From contig CAYMEV010000016.1 of NCBI GenBank assembly GCA_964389675.1, positions 1 to 64,000 on the forward strand: DNA of 64,000 bases, given 5' to 3'. The first letter of the stretch is position 1. Every line of letters starts with the position of its first letter. The position numbers were made by a program, and so were the translations under genes. The notes beneath the pieces are model-generated. The model was given only the letters and a program-made list of their open reading frames with translations. It was not told the origin of the DNA and ran no database searches. The DNA is from an uncultured Candidatus Sumerlaeota bacterium (GTDB lineage Bacteria; CAYMEV01). Below, in pieces: positions 18,734 through 28,602 of the stretch.

Positions 18734-20626
18734 TTACTTCATCAGGGGGTCAAGAATCCTGTTCAACCTTATTTCTATCTTCTTTTCTTCATTTTTTCTG
18801 TATATATAATCAAGCTTATCCATGATATCAAGGTTGCTATTAAGATTATAGGCAAGTTTATAGTACTTTAAGGCCCTTTCATAATCTTCCATGCGAAGGA
18901 AGGTATACCCAAAAAACAGCAGGAACATGGATTTTTCAAATAAAGTGAGATGGCTGATTTTCAGGGCTGTGCTGATCACCTTCTGGCAGGCCAGTATATC
19001 GTTTTCTCTGAGGAAGATATGAAACAGATGCGGATATACTGCAGGAATATCCTTATTTTCCCTTATAAGACTGATTAATATGCTCTTAGCCTTACTATCT
19101 CTTCCATTTCTTCTCAGCCTGACCGCCTCGTCTATTTTGACTAACTGCTTTTTACCCGCATTTCTTATACCAAAGGTTTCAGGGGCCTGATCTGATTCTT
19201 TAATGTAATTTTTGACATCCAGTACTGAGTTTGCATAATCCCTTAGGTCATCTATAACCTGACTGGTTGCATGTGGACTCTTTTTTTCATGGTTTTTTAA
19301 GGTGGGCACCTCAAAGGTCCTGTCCTTTGCTTCCTGCTTTACAAGTTCCTTTTTGAAAAATTCGAGGGAACGTATGTCATTAATCTCCCTGCAGATTTTT
19401 ATAAGACTATGCAGTGTAATTATTGCATTCCTGTGATCATTATTTTTCAGCTGTATCTGATATATATAATTCATGATCTTCTGCTGATAGAAAAAGTCTC
19501 CCTGGGCATTTGCAACATCCTGAAGAAGTACGAAATGGTCAAATGCCTTATCCAGGTCATTTTTCTTATAATAGATGGCTCCGATAATAAGATTTTGTTC
19601 CTTGATAGCCCTGTAATCACCTACAGATTCAAGGAAACTGATGTATGCTGTCCTGACTGCAACATTCTGACCGCAGCTATTGATCAGCTTCTTATATATT
19701 GTATAGGCTTTCTTTATATCATTATTCTGTATATAATAGTCCGAAAGCTGCTGTATATAGAAAAGTGCATCATCATAATTCTTTTCATTCAGGAATATCT
19801 CGGCAAGAATATCTTTTCCTTTCATGTACTCAGGATGCAGGGCATCATAAAGAAGAAAAACGCTCTTGGCAGAGTTGTAATCCTTTTTATTATAGTAATA
19901 GCTTCCAAAATAAAGCAGAAGGTCCTTATCTTCAGTGTTAAGCTTCATTGCCTCTTCAAAATACCTTGCTGCATATGCAAGCTGGTTTTCTTTTATGTAT
20001 ATATGCGAAAGAGCTTCAAATAATTCTTTGTTCCTGACCCTGTGGTTAAGCAGCTCCAGGTAGAAATCCTTTGCTTCATCAAACTTCTTGTTCTGAAATT
20101 TAATAACCGCAATTCTCTCCAGTATATTAAGGTAATCCTTCTTTGTGTGACATGATCTGATGACAGGGAGTGAATACTTAATATAGCTGCACCCCTTGTT
20201 AACATAGGACAATAATACATCCACGAGCTTTTTCAGGATATCATTTCCAATGACCTTTTGTTTGTATCTATATTCAAGCTCGTCAATAAGGGCTAAGGCA
20301 AGTTCCCTGTCCTCCCGCTCAATTGCATACCCGACCAGAGCGGGGTACTTTTCAAACCGGCATGTAAAATTCATAAGCCTGAACAGAAACAGGTAGGCAT
20401 TTTCCCTGTCATTTCTCTTCAAAGCTAATTCAAAACCCTTTTCAATGATATTTAATGCCTTTTCGTGCGCTATCTGGCCATTATTCCTGAGACTGAGAAG
20501 GGAATCCTGAAAAATGTCGTACAATGATACGAACGGTTCATTTGATTTTATTGCCTTTTCAATCCGGTGATTTAGCAGTAGATCCTTATTTTTGAATAAA
20601 TGCCTGATATTCAGCTTTGCACTCAT
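18734..20626 (-). CDS. Large cytoplasmic TPR-repeat protein
   Basis: 630 aa; multiple TPR-like repeats (A..YFEEAMKL, YERALKYYKLAYNLN); no signal peptide. Confidence 0.7.
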   Translation of the reverse strand: MSAKLNIRHLFKNKDLLLNHRIEKAIKSNEPFVSLYDIFQDSLLSLRNNGQIAHEKALNIIEKGFELALKRNDRENAYLFLFRLMNFTCRFEKYPALVGYAIEREDRELALALIDELEYRYKQKVIGNDILKKLVDVLLSYVNKGCSYIKYSLPVIRSCHTKKDYLNILERIAVIKFQNKKFDEAKDFYLELLNHRVRNKELFEALSHIYIKENQLAYAARYFEEAMKLNTEDKDLLLYFGSYYYNKKDYNSAKSVFLLYDALHPEYMKGKDILAEIFLNEKNYDDALFYIQQLSDYYIQNNDIKKAYTIYKKLINSCGQNVAVRTAYISFLESVGDYRAIKEQNLIIGAIYYKKNDLDKAFDHFVLLQDVANAQGDFFYQQKIMNYIYQIQLKNNDHRNAIITLHSLIKICREINDIRSLEFFKKELVKQEAKDRTFEVPTLKNHEKKSPHATSQVIDDLRDYANSVLDVKNYIKESDQAPETFGIRNAGKKQLVKIDEAVRLRRNGRDSKAKSILISLIRENKDIPAVYPHLFHIFLRENDILACQKVISTALKISHLTLFEKSMFLLFFGYTFLRMEDYERALKYYKLAYNLNSNLDIMDKLDYIYRKNEEKKIEIRLNRILDPLMK

Positions 20627-20666
20627 TTATGCCCCCCGATATTTCTTCCTTTTACCTATTAGTACA

Positions 20667-20683
20667 TGCAATTTTTGTTCCAA
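20667..20683 (-). promoter_or_regulatory. Sigma-54 (-24/-12) promoter TTGGAAC-AAAAA-TTGCA upstream of the TPR gene
   Basis: GG-N10-GC spacing, one mismatch to TGGCAC-N5-TTGCW, 40 nt upstream of ATG 20626. Confidence 0.72.
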
Positions 20684-20772
20684 TTGCAAACCAGTGAAAA
20701 AATCACCAGTTTTCAGGTTAACACAAATTAATTAATTGTGAATAAAAAAATTATATGTAACTTATTTACGAA

Positions 20773-22173
20773 TCATTCGACATTTATGTCGAATTTTTTA
20801 TTTTTAGCTGATGGTATATTGTATTTCTTCATCCTGTCTCTCAGGTTCTTCTCCGATATCTTCAGGAGCTTGGCTGCTTTAGACTGATTATAATTTGCCC
20901 TTCTGAGCTTTTCAAGTATCAGCATTTTCTCTATATGCTGGAGCTTTTCTCGCAGGCCCTGGTTTCTGTCCTCTTTGATATGCTGTTCTGATATTATATC
21001 TATCGGAAGGTCTTCTATATTGATTATATCACCTTTAGAAAATATAAATGACCTTTCGATTACATTTTTCAGCTCACGTATATTGCCGGGCCAGTCATAC
21101 AGCATAAATGCATCCAGCACAGTCTGTGACAGCCTCTTTAAAGGCTTTCCATTTGCTTCGCAGAATTCCTTGATAAAATAATCTGCCAGCAATGGGATAT
21201 CATCCTTTCTATCTTTCAGGGCAGGCAGATTGATCGTTACTGTGTTTAGCCTGTAATACAGGTCTTCCCTGAAAGAGCCCTCTCTAAGCATGGCATTAAT
21301 ATTCCTGTTCGTTGCGGCAAGCACCCTTACATCAACATTAATGGTCCTGTTATCTCCCAGCCTTTCAAAGCTCTTCTCCTGTATTACCCTTAACAGCTTA
21401 ACCTGGATATTTCCTGGAATATCGCCAATCTCATCCAAAAATATGCTCCCCTTGTCTGCAGTCTGAAATCTTCCTATTCTATCCCCTTCAGCACCTGTAA
21501 AACTGCCTTTTTTGTATCCGAAAAGCTCAGCCTCCAGAAGCGTATAGGGAATGGCTGCAGGGGTTACTCTAATAAAGGGATTTCCGGAACGCCTGCTGTT
21601 ATAATGTATTGTCTGCGCCACAAGGTCCTTGCCTGTTCCTGTGGCACCGAGAAGAAGTACATTTGCATCAGATTCAGAGATATCTCTGATGACATTGAAA
21701 AGCTTCTGCATAATACTGCTTTTTCCTATAATACCATCAAAGCTGTACATTGCCTTTGCATTATCCTTGGTGCTGTATATCTGATTCTCAAGCCTGTATG
21801 TTTTCTCTGCCCTCTCAATAATAATCAGCAGCTTGGAAAGAGAATCACCCTTTTCAAAAAAATCATAGGCTCCCCTTTCTATAGCCTCGATTGCAGTATT
21901 TTCTGTGTTAGAGCCAGTTGTAACAATTATTTTTGCAAGCGGATTTGATGATATTATCTTGGGAATGAGTGACAAACCAGCTTTACTGGTCATCAGTGGG
22001 GGAAGCCTTAGATCCAGCAATACAATGCTTACTCTTCTGTCTTTAAGTATCTCAACGGCCTCTTCTTCATTCTGGGCAAATTCGACTTCATACCCTTTAT
22101 GAGAAAGCCATTTAATATAGATATCTCTGTATTCTTTTTCATCCTCGATTACGAGGATGGTTGTCTTCTGCAT
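20773..22173 (-). CDS. Sigma-54-dependent response regulator (REC-AAA+-Fis HTH; NtrC/PrsR-like)
   Basis: IEDE...LLDLRLP; GATGTGKD; ELFG..KGSFTGA; FLDEIG; FREDLYYRL; WPGNIREL; C-terminal HTH. Confidence 0.95.
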   Translation of the reverse strand: MQKTTILVIEDEKEYRDIYIKWLSHKGYEVEFAQNEEEAVEILKDRRVSIVLLDLRLPPLMTSKAGLSLIPKIISSNPLAKIIVTTGSNTENTAIEAIERGAYDFFEKGDSLSKLLIIIERAEKTYRLENQIYSTKDNAKAMYSFDGIIGKSSIMQKLFNVIRDISESDANVLLLGATGTGKDLVAQTIHYNSRRSGNPFIRVTPAAIPYTLLEAELFGYKKGSFTGAEGDRIGRFQTADKGSIFLDEIGDIPGNIQVKLLRVIQEKSFERLGDNRTINVDVRVLAATNRNINAMLREGSFREDLYYRLNTVTINLPALKDRKDDIPLLADYFIKEFCEANGKPLKRLSQTVLDAFMLYDWPGNIRELKNVIERSFIFSKGDIINIEDLPIDIISEQHIKEDRNQGLREKLQHIEKMLILEKLRRANYNQSKAAKLLKISEKNLRDRMKKYNIPSAKNKKFDINVE

Positions 22174-22182
22174 AGAATAGTC

Positions 22183-22455
22183 TTACGGAAGCTTTTTGAT
22201 CAACTTGCTCGGCTTGAATTTAACAGTTTTGTATCCCTTTACCTTAACCTGTTCGCTGGTCTTTGGATTAATACAAATCCTTGGATTTCGATTAATTGTT
22301 TCAAAAACACCAAATCCCCTTATTTCGATTCGTTCTCCCTTCTTGATGGTCTCAACCAGTGTTTCAAAAAACAGGTCTACCATCTCTTTAAGAACCTTCC
22401 TTTGCAGATCAGGATATTTTTCCTGGAAAACTTTCAGGATATCAGCTTTTGTCAT
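22183..22455 (-). CDS. HU/IHF-family DNA-binding protein (IHF-beta-like)
   Basis: MTKADI, GERIEIRGFG.F, NPKT, FKPSK. Confidence 0.9.
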   Translation of the reverse strand: MTKADILKVFQEKYPDLQRKVLKEMVDLFFETLVETIKKGERIEIRGFGVFETINRNPRICINPKTSEQVKVKGYKTVKFKPSKLIKKLP

Positions 22456-23102
22456 CTCTCCCTCTCTCCATTTTTTATATTTTGGATCCGATCAATTATC
22501 ATCTCCAATTCTTCCTGTTTCTGAGTATCTAAAATACTTCTGAGAGCTGTCAGTTTTATTGTTATTTCATCAAGATACTCGTTTAAATGCGCTTTAATGT
22601 ATCTATTATAGTCAATCTCAGTTCTTAAAAGCCTTTCCTCAAAATCCCTGATGGTTTTCTTATTTCTGGATTCTAATTTCATTACAGCATCCAGGGAACT
22701 ATTTAATCTGCTGTTCATTGTCATTGTCCTGTTAAAAAGCAGCACAGCAAAGAAAAAAGATAATCCTGCAAGTATCAGCGCCATATATGCCAGAAATTTA
22801 TAACTGGTTTTTGCATGCAGTTCGACGGTTTTTATTCGTCTGTCAAAATCATCAAAAGCATCTTTATATGCTGTAATACTGTCTTTGCTGATCTTAAATA
22901 TCTGTGGGGATGAATATCTCAGCTTATTATCATCATTATCAGGACTTTTTTCTTCAGCAGGTTTTTGCTCTATATCTGATGAATCCTCTTTTTCCGGGGG
23001 CTTCTCCACCTTTGGCCGACCTTTGTCATTATCATCTTTATCCAGGCCTGTATTTTTATCAGTATCTTTCATTTTTGTACTCACCTCCTCCTTTATATTC
23101 AA
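22452..23102 (-). CDS. Hypothetical bitopic membrane protein with coiled coil
   Basis: Charged low-complexity N-terminus, one TM, heptad-rich C-terminus; coupled to the IHF gene. Confidence 0.6.
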   Translation of the reverse strand: MNIKEEVSTKMKDTDKNTGLDKDDNDKGRPKVEKPPEKEDSSDIEQKPAEEKSPDNDDNKLRYSSPQIFKISKDSITAYKDAFDDFDRRIKTVELHAKTSYKFLAYMALILAGLSFFFAVLLFNRTMTMNSRLNSSLDAVMKLESRNKKTIRDFEERLLRTEIDYNRYIKAHLNEYLDEITIKLTALRSILDTQKQEELEMIIDRIQNIKNGERER

Positions 23103-23111
23103 TTGCTTCTC

Positions 23112-24503
23112 TTAATTCTTTACAATACCACACTTATTTAACAAAAACAATAGCTTATCATAAAAATTATCCAAAAAATTTCTATTAATGGATTCTGCAA
23201 AAATCCTTATTTTTGGTTCTGTCCCCGATAATCTTACTACAGAATAGAAATCTGACTCATATCTTATGACTATGGAATTATTAAATATTTCAATTGCAAG
23301 ATTAGAGAATTCCCTCTTTATAATTGAATAAAGCTCCGGGGGGGTAATTTTCCTTATCAAAGCAAAGCTGTCCATCTTTTTCTTTGTTAAATCACAGGCT
23401 CTTTTAATCTCCGGTATCAATCCTCTGATATATGGGTCATAATAAATATACAAAAACGCAAGTGAGTTGAAAAGGCCATCACCGGTCGGGAGATAATCCC
23501 TGTAAATGACATGCCCTGAGGATTCTCCCCCTATAAGTATGTTTTCAAGGTCCATAAGAAGTTTCAGATTACGGTCTCCTACATCTGATCTGTAGAGTTT
23601 GAAGCCATTACTGTCCAGCAGCTTCTCAACTGACAGGGAGGTCATTATTGTGCCCGCAGCAGTCCTGTTCCTTGATTTATCCCTTGACAGATATAATGAG
23701 AACATTGTCATTATCAGATCCCCGTTAAATATAAAGCCGTCCCTGTCCATTGCAATGACCCTGTCAGCATCTCCGTCATACGAAAATATAATATCAAAAT
23801 CTGCTGCCTTATCTTTAAGGCAGGCTATATGGTCAGAGCCGGAAAGGTGATTGATACTCCTGCCGTCTGATCCTTCATTCACAATCTCATAGCTTACAGG
23901 CAGGCTTTCATATATTTCCTTAATGCTGACAGCTGCTCCGTTAGCAAGGTCAAACAGTATCCTGGGTTTTTTCCCGGGAATGGAAAAATCATTGATCATT
24001 GTGTTTAAGGCTTTTTTGACCTGAAAAAAGTATTCATTCTTATTTGAAACATAAGCAGTTATCCCGAAACCGGATTTGGATGGCTTAATAAAACCGGGTT
24101 TAATGTCCTGCATATAACTGGATTCAATAGCGCTTTCAAAGCCCTGCCCCTCTTTATTCGCATCCTTTTTAAAGAATTTAAGCCCATTGTCATAATAGGG
24201 ATTATGTGATGCAGACACGGCTATGCCTGGTATTCCGTGGTGTTTACAATAAAATGCTATTCCGGGGGTCGTGAATATGCCTAAATTATATACATTTATA
24301 CCATGGTAGTTCAGAAACGAACACAGGATATTTCTAATGAAATGGCCGGACAGCCTGGTGTCTGAGCCTATTACCACATCCCTGGCATCCTCCTGCCTCA
24401 GGCATTTTATATAGGACAGTGCAATCTTTTCAAGACCAGCTATATCTAACGGGGATTCCCCTGCTCTTGAACGGATGCCGTCAGTACCGAATAATTTCTG
24501 CAT
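23112..24503 (-). CDS. glmM: Phosphoglucosamine mutase (phosphohexomutase family)
   Basis: LFGTDGIR, DTRLSG, SASHNP, DGDADR, GESSGH, RLSGTEP. Confidence 0.8.
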   Translation of the reverse strand: MQKLFGTDGIRSRAGESPLDIAGLEKIALSYIKCLRQEDARDVVIGSDTRLSGHFIRNILCSFLNYHGINVYNLGIFTTPGIAFYCKHHGIPGIAVSASHNPYYDNGLKFFKKDANKEGQGFESAIESSYMQDIKPGFIKPSKSGFGITAYVSNKNEYFFQVKKALNTMINDFSIPGKKPRILFDLANGAAVSIKEIYESLPVSYEIVNEGSDGRSINHLSGSDHIACLKDKAADFDIIFSYDGDADRVIAMDRDGFIFNGDLIMTMFSLYLSRDKSRNRTAAGTIMTSLSVEKLLDSNGFKLYRSDVGDRNLKLLMDLENILIGGESSGHVIYRDYLPTGDGLFNSLAFLYIYYDPYIRGLIPEIKRACDLTKKKMDSFALIRKITPPELYSIIKREFSNLAIEIFNNSIVIRYESDFYSVVRLSGTEPKIRIFAESINRNFLDNFYDKLLFLLNKCGIVKN

Positions 24504-24508
24504 ACCGG

Positions 24509-24832
24509 TTATTCAATATACCAGTGATAATCTCCCCTGTCTCTCACCCTTATTGTAATTTCCGCTTCAAGCTCCCATTCATTATAATAGGGGTTCCACC
24601 AGTATGCCTCCAGATGATGATCACCCTCTGCAACATCCCTGATCTGTCCTGTTTCATAATAATCAAGAGTGAACATCCTGTTGCCGTTCATATAAATATC
24701 CAGAGTGAGCTCATAAGCGTTCCTGTTATGAACGTATATCCTGGCCCTTTCGATATCATCATCATCAATTATTATACAAGAAGCTGAAAAGATCAGGGTC
24801 ATTATAATTATAAACAATATAATTCTTTTCAT
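24509..24832 (-). CDS. Putative small lipoprotein
   Basis: Signal peptide ending FSASC; beta-rich mature part; AGGAGG RBS. Confidence 0.6.
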   Translation of the reverse strand: MKRIILFIIIMTLIFSASCIIIDDDDIERARIYVHNRNAYELTLDIYMNGNRMFTLDYYETGQIRDVAEGDHHLEAYWWNPYYNEWELEAEITIRVRDRGDYHWYIE

Positions 24833-24901
24833 ACATTATCCTCCTGCTAATTTTATATAATTATATATTAGTTTAATAAGATATGCAAAAAAAATTATTT
24901 A

Positions 24902-25468
24902 TTAAAATTCCCTTGCTCTTAAAAAGGTGAGGGGGCCTTTGAAAATTCTGATATCATCTATCCAGACTGTTCCACTGCCTTCAATGACAAGGTTCAGTTC
25001 AACCGACTCCGGGTAGTGGCCCTTTTTCAGGAAAAATATTGTATCAATCTCTGTAAAATCCTCATCTTCCTTTATTTTTGATGCAAGCCCCCTTACGATC
25101 TGCTTTGCTTGTTTGAAACTTACGCGCATTTCGAGAAATACATTGCCTTTTAGTCCTTTTGTCCTGGCATATGCTTTGTAAATAAGGGTAAGATTATGGA
25201 TCTTCGGTTCCTTTATCTCATAAAGCCTTATAATAACGGGATCTTCTGCAGTAATCTTTATGCTTCCCTTGCCGTCTCTGCTAACATTTTCATCAAATTC
25301 AGCATATTCAGCATCTATCATGCCTTCTGTACTGTCAAGGGGATATCTGAACAGAAGCTCCACCTCAAGAGGCTCTTTCCTGCAAGAAATAAGTATAATA
25401 GATGCCAGCATGAAAAATCCTGATACTAAAGCTCTCCTCCATCTATAATTATGGTTTTTTTTAATCAT
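24902..25468 (-). CDS. Putative lipoprotein with carbohydrate-binding-like beta-sandwich
   Basis: Lipobox ILISC; LVIEGSGTVWIDDI. Confidence 0.55.
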   Translation of the reverse strand: MIKKNHNYRWRRALVSGFFMLASIILISCRKEPLEVELLFRYPLDSTEGMIDAEYAEFDENVSRDGKGSIKITAEDPVIIRLYEIKEPKIHNLTLIYKAYARTKGLKGNVFLEMRVSFKQAKQIVRGLASKIKEDEDFTEIDTIFFLKKGHYPESVELNLVIEGSGTVWIDDIRIFKGPLTFLRAREF

Positions 25469-26304
25469 ATCCTTTTAAACCTGTATCCTTTCATTGATTC
25501 CTGGACCATTTTAATATATCTTTCTGATGCAAAATAACCGCATAAAGAATCATCAACAGGCATTACCATTTCTTTTGAAACCCACTCGTATATCTCTTTA
25601 TCCTTCCCCTCAACCAGATTTGATTCAATCATATTTGATATCAGGTCTATATCGAAAACACACAAATCCCTCAGGACAGACAGGAATTCCGCCTGTTTAT
25701 CGTGGTCTGCAAAATAGAAATACCTGGAATAAAAATAAGCATTATGGAAAAACTCCGGAAAACATAAAAGACCGTCAAGCTCAAGCTTTTTTGCAATAAT
25801 CTGGAAAAAGTCAATAAGCGCATATCCAAGGGGCAGTCCGGGAAAATCCTGTCCGGGGAATCTCCTTCCCTTTTTCCACAGGCTTATCCTGGGATTCTGC
25901 ATTACAAGCCATTCAATCAGCAAAAAGCAATATTCCCTTCTATTGACAGCATGCTTTATCTGCCTGTAACCATCGCCATTTGTCATTCTTATCTCAATGA
26001 GAATATGGTCCCTGTCTTTATTGTCATAGTATACATATATTCTCTGATCCAGATAGCTTCTTAGGTCTATTTCAAGGAGAATATTGGCAAAACCGGATTT
26101 TTCAAGCTTTTTTATAATATTCAGCCTGGTAAGGATATCCATTATCTCCTGCTCATTAAATCTCTCTAGAAGAATATCCGGCTTGCTGCTTATAATCGAA
26201 TCCTGATCAACCGTTTTTGAATCCAGGCTGAAAAGGTGTTCATCAAGGGAAATACCTGGTGTTCCTAAGAGCCTCTTAAATATTTTTAGAGGTTTTTTAT
26301 CCAT
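25465..26304 (-). CDS. Uncharacterised HDAC-associated protein with a cryptic GNAT-like motif pattern
   Basis: IEWLVMQNPR...PGQDFPGL.LG...AKKL.LDGLL..PEFFHNAYFY; starts 1 nt after the HDAC stop. Confidence 0.6.
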   Translation of the reverse strand: MDKKPLKIFKRLLGTPGISLDEHLFSLDSKTVDQDSIISSKPDILLERFNEQEIMDILTRLNIIKKLEKSGFANILLEIDLRSYLDQRIYVYYDNKDRDHILIEIRMTNGDGYRQIKHAVNRREYCFLLIEWLVMQNPRISLWKKGRRFPGQDFPGLPLGYALIDFFQIIAKKLELDGLLCFPEFFHNAYFYSRYFYFADHDKQAEFLSVLRDLCVFDIDLISNMIESNLVEGKDKEIYEWVSKEMVMPVDDSLCGYFASERYIKMVQESMKGYRFKRI

Positions 26305-26305
26305 T

Positions 26306-27256
26306 CTACCTGTATATGCTCCTCATTGAATTCAATGTATTCCTGTAAGCTTCAATCTCTTTATTGACATCAATATTATACCCCCCGCCCATCAAAACTG
26401 CAATAGGTGTCCCAGATTCCTTTGAATATTTAAATACTATATTATCCCTTTTTTTAAGATCATTCAATGTAAGGCTGAATGATCCGAGCCTGTCACCAAC
26501 AAGGGTGTCAGCACCGGCTATATAGAAGATAATATCAAATTTCATATCCTTCAGCAGGCAATGCAGTGAATTTTTCAGGTTGTAAAGATATATCTTAGGC
26601 TTGAATTCACTTGAATTTATTGAAATATCAAGGGAAGACCTCTGCTTTTTATAGGGGAAATTGTCCTCCTGATGAATCGAGAAAGTAAATACAGAATCAA
26701 AACCTTCAAATATACTTGCTGTTCCATCACCCTGATGCACATCCAGATCAATTATCAATATTTTATGAGCTTTATTTTCCTCAATAAGAATCCTGGCTGC
26801 TATGGCAATATCATTCAGAACACAATAACCACCCGGCTTATCTGATTTTGCATGATGAAAGCCGCCTCCAAGAAGCATTGCACAGTTGTGACTTATGGCT
26901 TTTAATGATAATTGCAGTGTTGCATTGCAGAAAATCTTGATTATCTCATATAGATGAGCATCCATTTCTACATCTTCAAAAGCATAATTGCCAAAAAGGA
27001 GTGTTTCCTCAATGTTTGCAATATAATGGCGCGCGTGAGCAAGATATATCTGGTCATTTTTAACAGGCTCTTCAACAAATGTGATTTCACCCTGCTTCAG
27101 TATGCCATCATCAATAAGGGATTGAAGAAGAAGATAATATTTGGAGAAATATCCGGAAGCATCCTCTTCGTACAGGTATTTAAGGTGCTCTGAGGAAATG
27201 GAGAGGATATTGGGCACCCTGTAAGCGTTCCCTATCAGTTTTTTGAGTATTTTCAC
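26306..27256 (-). CDS. Histone deacetylase-family protein (HDAC11/AcuC-like)
   Basis: GGGFHHA, GYCVLNDIAIA, DLDVHQGDGT, SIHQ..NFP, AGAD...GDRLG, GGGY. Confidence 0.92.
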   Translation of the reverse strand: MKILKKLIGNAYRVPNILSISSEHLKYLYEEDASGYFSKYYLLLQSLIDDGILKQGEITFVEEPVKNDQIYLAHARHYIANIEETLLFGNYAFEDVEMDAHLYEIIKIFCNATLQLSLKAISHNCAMLLGGGFHHAKSDKPGGYCVLNDIAIAARILIEENKAHKILIIDLDVHQGDGTASIFEGFDSVFTFSIHQEDNFPYKKQRSSLDISINSSEFKPKIYLYNLKNSLHCLLKDMKFDIIFYIAGADTLVGDRLGSFSLTLNDLKKRDNIVFKYSKESGTPIAVLMGGGYNIDVNKEIEAYRNTLNSMRSIYR

Positions 27257-27261
27257 TATAT

Positions 27262-28602
27262 TCAGTTAATTGTTGCAACTAGCCTTAAAATATCATTAAC
27301 AAATACCAGCAAGGCAAGCAATATCAGCAATACTATCCCTATTGTCTGCGAAACAATGCGGGCTTTTTTTATCCTTTCCCTGCCAAATATTTTTTCAAAA
27401 AATAGAAACAGGATATGCCCTCCGTCAAGAACAGGCAAAGGCATAAGGTTCAGCAGCCCAAGCTGCAATGAAATAAATCCAAGAAACATGAAAAACTGAG
27501 AAATACCGAACCTGTCACGAAAAATGGCTTTGCCGACCTCCCCTGAGACACCTGCTATCATTATCGGCCCGCCGACTGATTTTACTGATGCCCGGTTTGA
27601 AAACAGATTCCCTATAAATCTGCCTGTCAGCAGAACCCATTCTTTGCATTTTGCATAGCTCTGTGTTATGGATTCTAAAAACGGATAACTCTTTATTAAT
27701 GTTCTGTCTGGCGCTCTCTCAATCCCGATATTTGGACTTCCCTCCAGCAGTTGAGGCCTGACCTCAAAAGCCATGATATCTCCTGCCCTGTCAACAGCTA
27801 TTTCCATTGTATCCAGCGCCTCATTATTTCTGACAGCTAATGATAGGTCATTCCAATGGCCTATCATTTTGCCGTCAACCCCGACAATCCTGTCGCCTTT
27901 TTCCAGTCCTGCTGATTGAGCAGGAGAATCAGGCAATACCCTGTAGATAACGGGTTCTATATTATGCATGACAGCTACTACGCCAAGACCTATCTCTTTT
28001 ATCTGTTCAGGCAGCAGGTCAATATTCAGGATTTTTCCATCCCTCTCGATTTCCAGTTTTATGATACCCTTGGGGTTGATCCCAATGTTTTCCATGAATT
28101 CCTGCCAGTTTGAAACTGAATAGCCATTCACTCTTAAAACCTTATCATTAATCTCAAGGCCTGATTCTTCAGCATTGGAACCAGGTGAAATCCAGTAGAT
28201 CACTGGTTCAAGGCTCAGATATTCCGGCATCTGTATACCTATCATAAATGCCAGTGCCACTACGATTATCGCTAATATAATGTTATTCAGCGAACCTGCT
28301 GCAAATACAAGAAGCCTTTGTAAGGTTGATTTTGACTGCAGATTCCTGGGATCATTATAGTCACCTTCTTCAGGGTCCTCTCCCAGTATCTTAACATAAC
28401 CTCCCACAGGGATCAGGCTTAAGCAGTATTCAGTTTCCCCATACTTTTTTTTCCAGAGTATCGGGCCCATACCTATGGAAAACCTCTCTACAAAAGCTCC
28501 GGACCATTTCGCTGTTATGAAATGACCAAATTCATGAACTGATACCAGGATGATAATAATAATTATAAAAAACAAAATTGAAAACAGTATTGATAAAAGC
28601 AT
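27262..28602 (-). CDS. rseP: RIP metalloprotease RseP
   Basis: HEFGH, GGYVK, two PDZ-like domains, NLMPLPVLDGGH. Confidence 0.95.
   Translation of the reverse strand: MLLSILFSILFFIIIIIILVSVHEFGHFITAKWSGAFVERFSIGMGPILWKKKYGETEYCLSLIPVGGYVKILGEDPEEGDYNDPRNLQSKSTLQRLLVFAAGSLNNIILAIIVVALAFMIGIQMPEYLSLEPVIYWISPGSNAEESGLEINDKVLRVNGYSVSNWQEFMENIGINPKGIIKLEIERDGKILNIDLLPEQIKEIGLGVVAVMHNIEPVIYRVLPDSPAQSAGLEKGDRIVGVDGKMIGHWNDLSLAVRNNEALDTMEIAVDRAGDIMAFEVRPQLLEGSPNIGIERAPDRTLIKSYPFLESITQSYAKCKEWVLLTGRFIGNLFSNRASVKSVGGPIMIAGVSGEVGKAIFRDRFGISQFFMFLGFISLQLGLLNLMPLPVLDGGHILFLFFEKIFGRERIKKARIVSQTIGIVLLILLALLVFVNDILRLVATIN

Noticed and set aside
19409-20023. 204-aa plus-strand ORF
   Set aside because: Entirely antisense to the TPR gene, with no recognisable motif; a shadow ORF.
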